A stretch of DNA of 64,000 nucleotides from the NCBI GenBank assembly GCA_965649765.1, contig OZ287756.1, positions 43,462,001 to 43,526,000 of the forward strand, written 5' to 3'. Source of the stretch: Bispira polyomma (taxonomy: Eukaryota). The position numbers and the translations under genes are program-made. The notes below the pieces were generated by a model. It was not told where the DNA came from, searched no databases, and saw nothing but the letters and a program-made list of their open reading frames with translations. Positions 39,401-47,953 of this stretch are shown here, one piece after another; within the stretch, counting starts at the first letter, position 1, and each line of letters begins with the position of its first letter.

Positions 39401-42400
39401 AAAGAATATATTCTGCAGTAGAGTATATAAGGGTAAAGTAACAACCTGAGAGAATGGCATGAACCATGTCTTCATCAATTATCAGTTTTCAAATATTCTG
39501 TGGGTATAGATATTTTTAAAAAATACAATATAAATCAATTCAGTAGAAATTCATTTTAACAATTCTGAATTACTGAGTGTCTGTCTACTCATTAAATCTA
39601 TTATCTTGACAGGGTTAGCTATACCATCTAAATAGGAATTTTTATTGAGAGGTAAACCCTGTTTAGTCAAAACACAAGGGACGACAATGAGTACTTTTGC
39701 TTAGGCAGACGTTCCACTTAACAGGAATGTAGTGCACATCATAAATTCAATTCTATTTAACAGGGAAATTAACTTAACAGACAGGGTTTGACTTATATTA
39801 CATTTGCAAAATTTATTGTAAGTGGTTTATCCAATATTAATAATACTTAAAGTTCTGGTAGGACAATATATATGATCCAATATTCATAATCATTAAAACA
39901 GTATATAATACATCATATAATTATTATTTAACTCATATTATACCAATGTTTACAATACTTAAATGTTAAATTCATCATATTTTTTATCCCATATTCAAAG
40001 TGCTTAAAATTCTATCTAAACAATATATACTTCATCGTGTATTCAAATATTTACATGTCCACACTGTCTGTTATCAAATTATCAATGTCTTTATAATAGA
40101 TTAGGTACTGGAAGTTAAAAAAATTAAACTTCAGAATTACCACAAGAATTTTTTCAAAATATATACTATAAAATTATAAAAACTTTTGTCTCTGAACTAA
40201 TTCGAACTTACAGTGTTTATTTCCCTAAAGGTTGAGATGCTGCCTCTCTGATGTACTAGAATTTTTTTGGTCCTGTACGTGTGCCACGAACCATTGAGTT
40301 ACCACAATCAGTTTATTGGTAATGTCATTGTCACCGTTTTAGCGTGTACCGGAGGGAGACCGCTACGAAAAAAACACCATAAAACTTTGTAAAAGATCGT
40401 CGGTTTGGGCTATATTTCCACGTTTATTTCTTACTATTTATGTTTTTCTACCATTTTTACATTAAATTTGAGTAATTTTGCTATTTTGTATTGTGAATTT
40501 AGCTAGAAACCATAATACCCGATCATCGCCCACTACGTTTGGCGGGAGTGGGCCGTCCTCTACTGTACCATAATATTTTGTAATAAGGTCGTCGTTTTTG
40601 CCGATATCTGTACATTTATTTATTACTATTTTTTGATATTTCTACCCCTTTTACATTGATTTTTGTCTCATTTTGCTGTTCTATATTGTAAATTTTTTGC
40701 CAATATCTGTACATTTATTTATTACTATTTATGATTTTTCTACCCCTTTTACATTGATTTTTGTCTAATTTTGCTATTCTATATTGTAAAATTACCACTA
40801 TAATTATTGTCTCATCTTTTGTTGCTACATGTTGGTGTGGTTATACTTAGCTTAAGGTCAGGCTATAGTGTGGGGTGCTAGGGTGCCCGTGAGTCGCCCA
40901 CGGGACGAAGAATTGTGCGGTGAGTTGTAGGGACAAACTTTCTGGTTTTCATACACTTGTTCTTGTCGTAAATTTCCTACCACCATTAATGGAAGAGGTC
41001 TTATCTTGTTACTTTTACTCGCCGGTGATGTGTCCCTTAACCCTGGTCCTGTCATGCTCGGGGTGTTAAATGCTAGATCCGTGAGGAACAAGGGTCCACT
41101 CCTTGCAGATATTGTGACATCGCACGACCTCGACTTCCTTTGTGTCACTGAGACCCATGTCCGTCTATCTGATACGGATAGCTTCCTACTGTCTGTTACT
41201 CCTCCAGATTTTGTGTTTCCTCAAATGCCTCGTCCCTCACGTATTGGTGGCGGTGTTGGTTTCTTCATCAGAGCCTCCTACAAACCACATAAAATAGATT
41301 CTCCTGTCTATCAGTCCTTTGAAAATATGGTGGTGTCAATTGGGCTTCATGTCCGCTCACTGTTGCTTGTCTGCGTCTATCGCCCCCCAGGATCATGTAC
41401 CTGTAATTTTTTAGAAGAATTTATGTCTTTTGTTGGTTTCTTGTCTTCCATTAACAGTTCATATCATATCTGTGGTGACTTTAACATCCATGTTGATGCA
41501 CCAGTTGGTGACGGTCATAAATTTATGACCTTTCTTGATTCATGCGATGTAAAACAGTCAGTTAGACAACCTACCCATCTGCATGGTCACATTCTGGACC
41601 TTATTTTATCTCCTTGTGATCAGGATGCTATTGTGGATGTCAAAGTCTGTGATTTCATATCGGATCATGCATTAGTCAAATGCTCAATTGCCTCTCCCCC
41701 ACAGGTGGCTCATATTCCTATTACAGTGCATTATAGGAGGTACCACCGTATTAACATGTCTGACCTCCGTACTGATCTTGAGAGTACTTCCTTTATTAAG
41801 TCACCTGCCAATTCTGTAGCTAAACTTTATGAACAATACATACATGACTTGGGTGATGTACTAGATAAGCATGCACCACTTGTATCCAGAATGTCAAAGA
41901 AAGATTCTGTGCATTGGCTCTCTGATTCTTACCGACGGGCAAAATCTCTCAGGCGCCAATATGAAAGAACTTGGCGAAGGGCCAAGAATCCATTAAATAG
42001 AAGTCGACTACGTCGCCAGATTGCTCGGTGCAATGTACTTGTTAACGAGGATAAGTCGGTGTATTACAGCAAGCTTATCTCTGACAACAGTCACAACTCC
42101 AGGAAGCTGTGGCACGAACTGCGCAAGACCCTTAATATGGATACCAATGTGGCACTCCCGTCCCATGATTCGGATAAATCACTAGCTGATAAGTTTGCTT
42201 CCTTTTTTTCGGACAAAATTAAGAGAATTGGAGATACTTTTGTTGTCTCTGGAACTAAAATTGATGTTCATCCTCTTTCTGATCCCCCAGAAATTATTGC
42301 CTTTACCAGAGTCTCTGAAGATCATGTTAGTAAAATAATAAGTAACTCGCCTACAAAATCCTGCATGTTGGATCCATGGCCAACATCTCTTATTAAAGAA

Positions 42401-45378
42401 TGTAGTGATATATTACTACCATCCATTACAAAGCTTGTAAACTGCTCACTTATGGAGGGGCATGTACCTGATGGTTTTAAAACAGCTGTGGTTACTCCTC
42501 TTATTAAGAAGGCTTCTCTTCCAGTTGATGACCTGAAGAATTATCGCCCTGTATCTGGTCTTAGTTTCACATCAAAACTGGTTGAACGTGTGGTTGCTAG
42601 GCAACTGTTAGATCACATCTTTGTCCACGACTTAGACAACCCATACCAGTCTGCGTATAAAACTGGTCATTCGACTGAGACAGCTCTTCTGTCTATAAAA
42701 AATGAAGTTCACCTATCTTTGTCAAGAGGGGAACCTACTGCCCTGGTATTGCTCGACCTCTCTGCTGCCTTTGACACCATTGATCATTCCACGCTTCTCA
42801 GTTGTCTTCAGACTTGGTTTGGAGTTAGGGGCTCTGTTCTTAAATGGTTCACTTCCTACTTAACTGATCGTTATCAGTCGATAAAAATTAGCTCTACTCT
42901 GTCCGATCTTTGTAAACTCTTGTTTGGTGTTCCTCAAGGTTCTGTTTTGGGCCCTCTGTTGTTCTCGTTATACACTTCCCCTCTCAGATTGGTTATTGGC
43001 AAATACACAGGAATAAAGTTTCATTTTTGTGCAGATGATACCCAAATTTATGTGCACCTATCCCATAAAAACACATCTACTGCCTTTGAACAGTTTAACA
43101 AGCGCCTTGACGATGTGAAAGAGTGGATGTCAACTGGCAAACTCAAACTTAATCCCGATAAGACTGAGTTCATAATCTTTGGCTCAAAACAACAGAGGGA
43201 TAAGTTGAAAGCATTGTTCCCAGTTGACATCCTGGGTAGCCCTTTCAGTCCAGCTGATTCTGTCAAGAACCTGGGTGTATGGTTTGACTCTGACTTTTCT
43301 TTCTCTAAACACGTTCAGAGTGTCTGCAAAAGCTGTTTTATGCAACTCCGTGACTTTAGACGTGTCAGACGGTTTCTCACTTATGATGCTTCTATACTTG
43401 TGGCCAATGCTTTTGTCAGTAGTAGACTGGATTATTGCAATTCACTTTTCAGGAGTCTCTCAAAGTTTAATTTACGCAAATTACAATGCATTCAATGCAT
43501 ACAATTACAATTGTCCTTGAGTATTGATAGAATGTTCTTACCAGCTCCCCAGTCTCTGGGATCATCAAAATGTTCTACTAATCTGACACTGCTTCCTAAA
43601 CGATAGGCATAAATATTATGCTCAGCTCTGGCAACGCATGTATGCATACAAATTGCCTTCAGGGCTGGAATGACATCATCTTGGCAGGTTATATCCACAG
43701 CATGGCCTTGAAAAGTACTTCCTAAGTATGACTTGGGTGGTACTGATGATACTTTTAACTCAAGTGCTCTGTCTGACACAATCAAATTGTTATCCTGAAC
43801 TTTATCATTTCTGGGTTCTATCATATGCTCATTCACAAGCAATTTATCCATAAACCACCTTGTCTTCTGCTGTTTCTGATTGGCATCACGAAATACAGGC
43901 ATAAGTTTCTGCTTGCGACTCTGCATCTCATTTGGAAGTTGTTCGCTGACTCCAAAGCGTTTTGTTCTATCCCAGTTCTTAACATGCTGTAGGATAATTG
44001 GCTTATTGTTTTAAGGACTGGTGCTGGAAATTAGAACAGTGTTCCCTGCTTTGCCAACACACTGGCCTTTACGCAAGTCTACATATTAAACTAAACGTAA
44101 ATTAAGAGCTCAAATTCAATTCACTGGTTTAAGTTTGTCCTCAAAGACATGATAGCAAGTATGTTTCAGTATTTTGTCACATAACCAGACTTTCACAGAT
44201 CCTTCAGTTTGTATTGTCAAAATGAACTTTAATGGAGAGTTTGAGACCATGATTCACAAAACTGACTTTGATCTTTTCCAGAAAAAATTGTTAGACCTCT
44301 TTTTTTAAGTATTTATAGAAACAAATAATTCCTTATCCACCGTTTCAATGTACATTAGTAGAGAATAATTATACCTTAGCGTAATAACAATAAGTAAACA
44401 CAAGAATAGTCACCTTTTATTTACAGAAGAATTATTCTTTATGTTAATAACAAAAAATAAACGCAGGAATGCTCCCCTAATATTTATAGAAGAACTATTT
44501 ATTAAGTTTATAATAATTTTAAACACAGAAATTGTCACCACTTATTTGCAGAAGAACTATTTCTTAGGTTAATAATAGTTAATAAACACACAAATATTCA
44601 TCTCATATTTATAAAAGAATTATTCCTTCGGTTAATAACAATTAATAAACACAGGAATTGTCGCATCATATTTACAGAAGAATTATTTCTTAGGTTAATA
44701 ACAATTAATAAACACAGGAATACTCACCTCATATTTAAAATAAACCACAGCCAATGAAATAACTTGATACAAGAGTACCCCACTGGCACCCAGACTGGTA
44801 AGTGTCCAGAAGAGCTTCTTACAAACACCTGTAAAGTTTAACTACAGGTGTACACGATTTGATAAGTAATTTACTCAAATATGTTAATGTTAAAGACTAC
44901 AATCGAATTGATTGGGGTGTTTTTGTGTTTTTTAGCAAAACAGGCAGGGAGACTGTTCCATTCAGAAGGTGCTGTGACTAGAACTGGCTTGATTTTCAGT
45001 GAAACGTTAGAGGTCACTCAGGAACACCTATGGGGACACATTCCCCTTTCTAATTAAATAAAGATAAGTCATTTGGAATATAAAGTTGGTTTCTATGCGG
45101 TAAATATGACTAATGCTGGTTGAGTGACAGTCGCAAATATGCAATTAGTATTAAAAAGAGTACTGAATATAATGTAGATAAGAGTGCCGAGTATAAATTT
45201 GAATACAATACAACACAACAACGGAAGTACCAAACTGACCCCTTCCCTTGGCTATGTGTGGGTAACCATGTACCGTGCTGTGACTCCAGAAGTTTTCCTG
45301 CACCTCTCTCTGACTCAACTGATGAACTGCCTTGTCCTGTTTACCAAACAAAGCTTTGGGGATGTACATAATTGCCAT
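8059..45378 (-). CDS. Multi-exon DEG/ENaC (ASC family) sodium channel with an inserted C-type lectin domain; 16 coding exons, ~919-949 aa
   Basis: Hand-spliced exons give, in order: HG motif (STVHGYPHI), TM1, FPAISVCN, CTLD, MGY..C.FQG..C, YGNCYVFN, GLELLLNIQQDEY, Cys-rich thumb, WP, LNIYYEQL, and TM2 GNVGTNLCLWLGCS. All junctions are GT-AG with matching phases; total 2850 nt (or 2760 nt), divisible by 3. Confidence 0.93.
9644..9790 (-). CDS. DEG/ENaC exon 15
   Basis: QGFAEKYNTTISLSNGTSKAEFISRNILRLNIYYEQLNSKSIDEKPKYL, phase 0->0. Confidence 0.9.
11674..11731 (-). CDS. DEG/ENaC exon 14
   Basis: EVRYSAENSKGLWPPVISQ (conserved WP), phase 2->0. Confidence 0.88.
12100..12300 (-). mobile_element. 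Decayed tRNA-derived SINE
   Basis: Reverse-strand A-box GTGGCCTAGTGG at ~12280-12292 and a tail resembling gttgaaagcgacataaaac. Confidence 0.5.
12486..12558 (-). CDS. DEG/ENaC exon 13
   Basis: DRCMYLIETQYIKDELECDCPQPC, phase 1->2. Confidence 0.9.
13130..13600 (+). mobile_element. 3' end of an L2/CR1-type LINE with (TTA)n tail
   Basis: LKSLHWLPV, RAFSTAAPTEWNKLP, FKQKLKTF; (tta)n at ~13583-13602. Confidence 0.85.
13875..14020 (-). CDS. DEG/ENaC exon 12: Cys-rich thumb
   Basis: YSTASCYKTCYQQHVISQCRCADPQYPMYGSAFPTFEYTSCDNRNLSQ, phase 2->1. Confidence 0.92.
14859..14956 (-). CDS. DEG/ENaC exon 11
   Basis: ISVSRLSGDYGICLDSAAIVTDRDVFQELFPV, phase 0->2. Confidence 0.88.
16379..16542 (-). CDS. 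DEG/ENaC exon 10
   Basis: GLELLLNIQQDEYLAGVSQGAGVSVTIHPQSRMPFPADEGYLVLPGHLTSISIKK, phase 1->0. Confidence 0.93.
16570..16860. repeat. Tandem repeat, ~58-bp unit with ~117-bp dimer structure, just upstream of the exon 10 acceptor
   Basis: About 5 copies of cattggtttagac..gtcacatgact..ccctgagta.atgagaaac. Confidence 0.8.
17202..17317 (-). CDS. DEG/ENaC exon 9
   Basis: DFGYLFDSLYGNCYVFNSGWNWNISRPFYTSSRTGSSL (YGNCYxFN signature), phase 2->1. Confidence 0.92.
17480..17775 (-). mobile_element. 3' terminus of an L2-type LINE, same family as 24910-25160
   Basis: Shared gctttattgatgc..ttctaaagcacaacagc..gtccatgg..gctaaggtgggtaggc sequence; FRKKLKTYLF in reverse frame. Confidence 0.75.
17984..18232. 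mobile_element. MITE with ~20-bp TIRs
   Basis: aagtctagacttccttttagc ... gctgaagggaagcctaggctt, in TAA context. Confidence 0.6.
18799..19038 (-). CDS. DEG/ENaC exon 8: finger domain; in-frame TGA at 19008-19010 if acceptor 19038 is used, alternative in-phase acceptor at 18948
   Basis: MYPYFYIKK*EVNHMTFNQSYDCGYITDTREEPLREDF...KREMGYTYSEFVLYCGFQGKECQQ|gttagt. Confidence 0.8.
19366..19450 (-). CDS. DEG/ENaC exon 7: Thr/Glu-rich stalk or linker
   Basis: atacag|EPETTPVIAENTTESHTTGTANVERDVF|gtaatc; open frame, phase 1->2, which is the phase needed to join exon 8. Confidence 0.7.
19485..19703 (-). mobile_element. Decayed tRNA-derived SINE
   Basis: Reverse head GGGCCGCGGTGGCCTAGT at ~19686-19703, matching the 47000 SINE head; tail gttgaaagtgatgtaaaac. 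Confidence 0.6.
20758..20853 (-). CDS. DEG/ENaC exon 6: C-type lectin domain, C-terminal part
   Basis: tttcag|GTSSNCVIINRQGTWNTRPCSDDYSFVCQSTL|gtgagc, phase 1->1. Confidence 0.88.
20908..21008. repeat. 28-bp inverted repeat (26/28 match) with 45-nt spacer
   Basis: tatctattctggttatctgggtagggta (20908-20935) and taccctatccagataaccggaatagata (20981-21008). Confidence 0.9.
21039..21203. mobile_element. Palindromic fold-back MITE
   Basis: tagaaataaattccct..ctttattagagattaaa is inverted against tttaatctccaataaa..aggaatttacttcta. Confidence 0.6.
21439..21483. repeat. (TA)n microsatellite
   Basis: Direct inspection. Confidence 0.9.
22383..22495 (-). CDS. DEG/ENaC exon 5: C-type lectin domain, middle part with EPN
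   Basis: gacag|EFYSGLTDLSVEGQWEWVDGSGLDWSNWRLEDQEPNG|gtaatg, phase 2->1. Confidence 0.88.
22868..23610 (+). mobile_element. Solo LTR of the Gypsy element at 60438-64000
   Basis: TGTTACA...GTAACA termini, perfect 5-bp TSD GTAAT (22863-22867 and 23611-23615), reverse-complement match to 60438-61222, TATA box at ~23041. Confidence 0.93.
24400..24830 (-). mobile_element. L2/CR1 LINE 3' fragment
   Basis: YCNSLL, LQSIQNHLCRVV, FFAAAPTTWNNQ-like motifs, frameshifted. Confidence 0.7.
24910..27180 (-). mobile_element. Decayed L2/CR1-type LINE ORF2
   Basis: ISDY..(EN end), ILDKHAP, PQGSVLG, MYADDTQVY, KLNPDKTE, LDYCNSLL, LHWLPI; (taa)n tail. Confidence 0.9.
27370..27550 (-). CDS. DEG/ENaC exon 4: C-type lectin domain, N-terminal part
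   Basis: ctttcag|VSSPCTTTILPSTSLCYWMVTNVHTFTEALAECQTGGGTLLHMTSPEVNTFLDKHGFIGT|gtgatt, phase 1->2; CY..F.EA..C...GG.L..S.E.N.FL pattern. Confidence 0.85.
28440..28983 (-). pseudogene. Polinton A32/FtsK-like packaging ATPase
   Basis: HPFTCLVAGPPGSGKT (Walker A), FLILDDMM (Walker B), SHHHNISVIVVTQN, YMVLFKNPRD, PYSYLFIDL; frameshifted. Confidence 0.9.
29030..29230. repeat. Tandem repeat of ~22-31 bp (ggaggtgtggagatgtagaggttccacatgt) inside the Polinton
   Basis: Direct inspection; explains the overlapping spurious ORFs. Confidence 0.9.
29650..30014 (-). pseudogene. Polinton adenain-like cysteine protease
   Basis: GVFSRDQL, ICNTD, THWV, YFDSYGLPP. Confidence 0.85.
30016..31300 (-). pseudogene. 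Polinton major capsid protein (double jelly-roll), frameshifted
   Basis: ELDLFAIPLTQTSIEEGKWVEY, YPYKACIEALL, GQIPKRIVLG, FDLPPDL, FENTIEID. Confidence 0.88.
31290..31640 (-). pseudogene. Polinton small basic/amphipathic core-like protein
   Basis: SQVGIG...LFKGLVRVAPPLLKKGAIAL..GKKAL..GVGLAQD pattern typical of Polinton small ORFs. Confidence 0.6.
31658..32327 (-). pseudogene. Polinton minor capsid (penton) protein
   Basis: YVYLPS..LSGKWEVGL; LYIYCDLIEPVAVGDAKVPLLRIVP...ALHF. Confidence 0.85.
32390..33036 (-). pseudogene. Conserved Polinton hypothetical protein
   Basis: KMVVIP..; GE.....ITGSHITDLI; C-terminal KWES. Confidence 0.6.
33050..33378 (-). pseudogene. Conserved Polinton small protein
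   Basis: ECAHNLPEGNIPL..KLGKYK..LREL..ILQTGKFLPAL. Confidence 0.6.
33431..34756 (-). pseudogene. Polinton retroviral-like integrase with C-terminal chromodomain, interrupted by a SINE
   Basis: YFNPAHPASFSG, DLMDM, AIDIFSRYVWTVPLKNK, AYN..MAPAKV, FLVLWLQWPPKYDLWIP. Confidence 0.9.
33988..34250 (+). mobile_element. tRNA-derived SINE inserted in the Polinton integrase
   Basis: A box TGGCCTAGTGG, B box GAGTTTGAATCCC, poly(A), TSD ttcagcacaatttg/ttcagcgtaatttg; near-identical to 47000-47265. Confidence 0.93.
35690..36346. repeat. Tandem repeat (~112-118 bp, ~5-6 copies) whose unit includes the 3' end of exon 3 and its splice donor
   Basis: Repeated tagctatc.cattcc.cat..accatacct..ctcttcctcct.tgtctccaatctaggtcatccaggcacc; the last copy is exon 3 sequence. 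Confidence 0.85.
36293..36473 (-). CDS. DEG/ENaC exon 3: FPAISVCN motif and polybasic furin site
   Basis: VTVDIEWTQHRELDFPAISVCNVNPVKKSKL...NWRQKRRMKRA, phase 0->1, donor gtatgg. Confidence 0.92.
40333..43509 (+). mobile_element. Young L2/CR1-type LINE, 5'-complete and 3'-truncated, flanked by ATTGTC duplication
   Basis: ATTGTC at 40327-40332 and 43510-43515; removing the insert restores the host IMPACT reading frame (LKDNDITNK). Confidence 0.88.
41006..43509 (+). CDS. L2/CR1 LINE ORF2 (2A-like motif, APE endonuclease, RT), uninterrupted for ~830 codons; YADD mutated to CADD
   Basis: LLLAGDVSLNPGP, NARS, VTET, YRPP, GDFN, ISDH, NYRPVS, DLSAAFDT, GVPQGSVLGP, CADD, LNPDKTE. Confidence 0.92.
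44340..44740. repeat. Tandem repeat (~62 bp, ~6 copies) whose unit spans the exon 2 splice donor
   Basis: Repeated aataacaattaataaacacaggaat..tcacc.catatttacagaagaattatt; the last copy contains the true donor (tactcacctc). Confidence 0.85.
44728..44828 (-). CDS. DEG/ENaC exon 2: TM1
   Basis: tttacag|GVCKKLFWTLTSLGASGVLLYQVISLAVVYFKYE|gtgagt, phase 1->0. Confidence 0.9.
45240..45378 (-). CDS. DEG/ENaC exon 1: cytoplasmic N-terminus with HG gating motif
   Basis: MAIMYIPKALFGKQDKAVHQLSQREVQENFWSHSTVHGYPHIAKGR; donor G|gtcagt; an acceptor at 45404 implies an upstream 5'UTR exon. Confidence 0.88.
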
Positions 45379-46999
45379 CTTTACACCTGCTGTCTCAAAA
45401 ACACCTGTAAAGGTCAAGTCACTTCACACAATTACATGTACACACATTTTTATAGGCAATTTCCAAAACTGTTGAGGCTGTATTGTTGGATTTTAATGTG
45501 TTTTATTGACGCGAGGCATCTAGTAAAGTGCATCAGCTAAGTCAATAAACCAATCAGGTGTCCAGCAACATAGCCCTGGGTCTTTATCTTTATGCAATGG
45601 CATGTTGACATCTTGCCCAAGAATGTTATGCCAGCAATGAACCGGTGAGATTAGAAGGAATCGAACTGAGGACCTTGCAACCCACTCTGTAACCACTAAG
45701 CCACGGGAGACCACAAAGTACACTACAATTTTTTTAATGTAATTTTGAGATGAGCCATTTGCAATTAAAACCTGGCTTTTCAAAAAATGTTTAACATTTC
45801 TCTTTAAAGTTTCACTTTGTCAGAAAAATATTGTATCTGCAAATATTTACATTTAGAATTTTGCTGTAGACACATGATAAACAATAAAGTTCAGTTTAGC
45901 TTCAACGTTGATTTCAACACATTTCATATCATGATGAGCAGTTCACTGGTAGAGGAAATTATAGCATGTTAGTTGGTCAAGGTTTTCTGCATTGCAAACC
46001 ACCAGCCTTCACCAATTCGAACCCACAACTGCAGCTGTAGGTGTGTCTTACCACTTCAAACCCGAAGCGCCTAAATAATAAAGAAAATGCCTCTACTGGA
46101 TAACAATGTCTGCATAAATTGCATTTAATTGATATAAATGGACAATACCTGATTTTTAATGTTGAGTCCACAGAACTTATGGTAATAAAACAATCACAGC
46201 ATGTATCTATCAAGTCCCACATTGCTGTTTACTATATCACTGCCACAACATTTCAATAGCCACCACTCTTCATATCTGGCGAGCATTTAATTGGTATTTC
46301 ATTTCTCACATCTTCTTATCAAGTATAGGTTTACCTTCCTTGGTCCCTAAAATCCAAACAAACATCACAAAAACATGCATGCTGAAAAGAGTTCTGACAA
46401 TACTTTTTTAGTTCCTTTTTAAGTTTCAGACCTACCTCCCATCTAAACCAACAATGACTAAATTAATTGCTTTTGTCAATATATCCAAACTTTTTCCTGT
46501 GTATTCTGCATTTTGCATATCCTTAATTTATACTTAGCTTATACTTATACTCAAGTCAAATCTGTATTCTCTATAACTCTGGATGCAGGATTTCCACCTG
46601 GCCTATACTTCAGTTAAGTATGAGTTTAAGCATGAGTTTATGTCGAGAATGCCAGCCCCGTTATTGTAATTGTCAACACAGAATCAATGTAGTACAGAAT
46701 TTCAAGCTTCATTTATTGGTGGTTTCTTTGTTATTTCCTACTGCTTCAAATAAAAAAAAAATTCTTAGATAGCTTGAATCAAAAGATATGATTCCCCAAA
46801 AGCCCCCCCCCCCCTCCCCCCCCCAAAAAAAAAAACAAACAAACAAAAAAACATGCTAATATTTATACCTAGTACTAAGGTCTTGATTATGATCATTCCC
46901 ACATTAAAAGGGTTCTAAAATAACACACAAAATATCAATGGAGAGGAAGGAAAGGCCAAAAGCCGAACAGGCAGTGAGCTCAGTTTATTAATAGAAAGT

Positions 47000-47265
47000 G
47001 GGGCCGCGGTGGCCTAGTGGTTAGCAAGCATTGCGCTTCACAATCACTGGTCTCTCACCTCTGGGAGGTGTGAGTTCAAATCTTGTCGATGCCTATGTGG
47101 GAAAGGTGGTAGTTCCTTACTGTGGGTCGCTGGTTTCAGTGCAGAACCTTGATCAACTGTGTGCAGTGTTTCCTCCAGCGTTTCCAACTACCCATCCCAA
47201 TATAACCTAAACAGGTACTAGAGTGGACGTTAAATATCCCAATTAAAAAAAAAAAGAAAAAAAAA
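47000..47265 (+). mobile_element. tRNA-derived SINE, full length
   Basis: A and B boxes, poly(A), perfect 14-bp TSD tattaatagaaagt (46986-46999 and 47266-47279). Confidence 0.95.
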
Positions 47266-47953
47266 TATTAATAGAAAGTTCACCTTTGACATCTTGACAG
47301 ACATTGTAATCATTGATTGTTTGAAGTATCAGGGCTTTAGTTTGAAAGACATTAATTTCAGGAACAAACAGCTCCAACTGCACAAATCAGAAAGGCTTCA
47401 AAGTGAAACATAGGCCGAGTTATCGGTCACTGAAACAGGTGTGTTGTTATTGATGTGCGACTGTGCATACCATCCATAAAATCAAAGCATCAGAAACGGA
47501 ACAGAAACTAGGTCTAAGTGAAACAATAAAATACAACCTAAATTTTAGCAGCAAATCAGGGTAGTAGCTACAAAAATGTTGGATTTCCTCTTTGAACTAA
47601 ATTTTCATCAAACACTCTCCCTTGCTAGAGTTCACATTTCTTGTGTCAATATTAATCGAACTTACTGGGAGATCGCCTGTTTTTAGACCATTTTAGAAAA
47701 TAGTTTTATACTGGAAGTTTAATGAAGATGAGACAAGGACTTTTTGTATCAGCTTCTAGCAAATGTTTAACTAACGATTAGGCAGACAAAAAAAGCACTT
47801 TTAATGGTGGCCTCTGTTAACATGGTAATTGCTTGTAAAAGGTGTTTGTGAGTGATTTATTCTAAGATATATTGATATTTTATAAGAAAAGACAGGAAAC
47901 TGAGCCTTTCTGTATATTGTACAATGATCCGTTTATAAATCAAACTGAAACTA

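Larger units (their letters stand above)
36500..44030 (-). mobile_element. Decayed L1/Tx1-clade LINE (ORF1 with IMPACT domain; ORF2 EN-RT), interrupted by an L2 element
   Basis: ORF2 ~39300->36500: SVNCRGL, CLQDTH, GDFN, IDHS, GVWKFN, NWRPISLL, FEKVFDSVSW, QFAADT; ORF1 at 43510-44030 and 40220-40332. Confidence 0.9.
40220..44030 (-). pseudogene. L1-type ORF1 C-terminus fused to an IMPACT/YigZ (UPF0029) domain, split by the L2 insertion
   Basis: FGVSEQLPNEMQSRKQKL..WFMDKLLVN, then GSTFQGHAV..ARAEHNIYAYRL..FDDPRDWGAGKNIL | ITNKLIVVTQWF..GPKKF*YIREAA. Confidence 0.82.

Noticed and set aside
43510-43606. C-terminal extension of the 866-aa LINE ORF2
   Set aside because: It is read-through into the antisense strand of the L1 ORF1/IMPACT sequence beyond the TSD.
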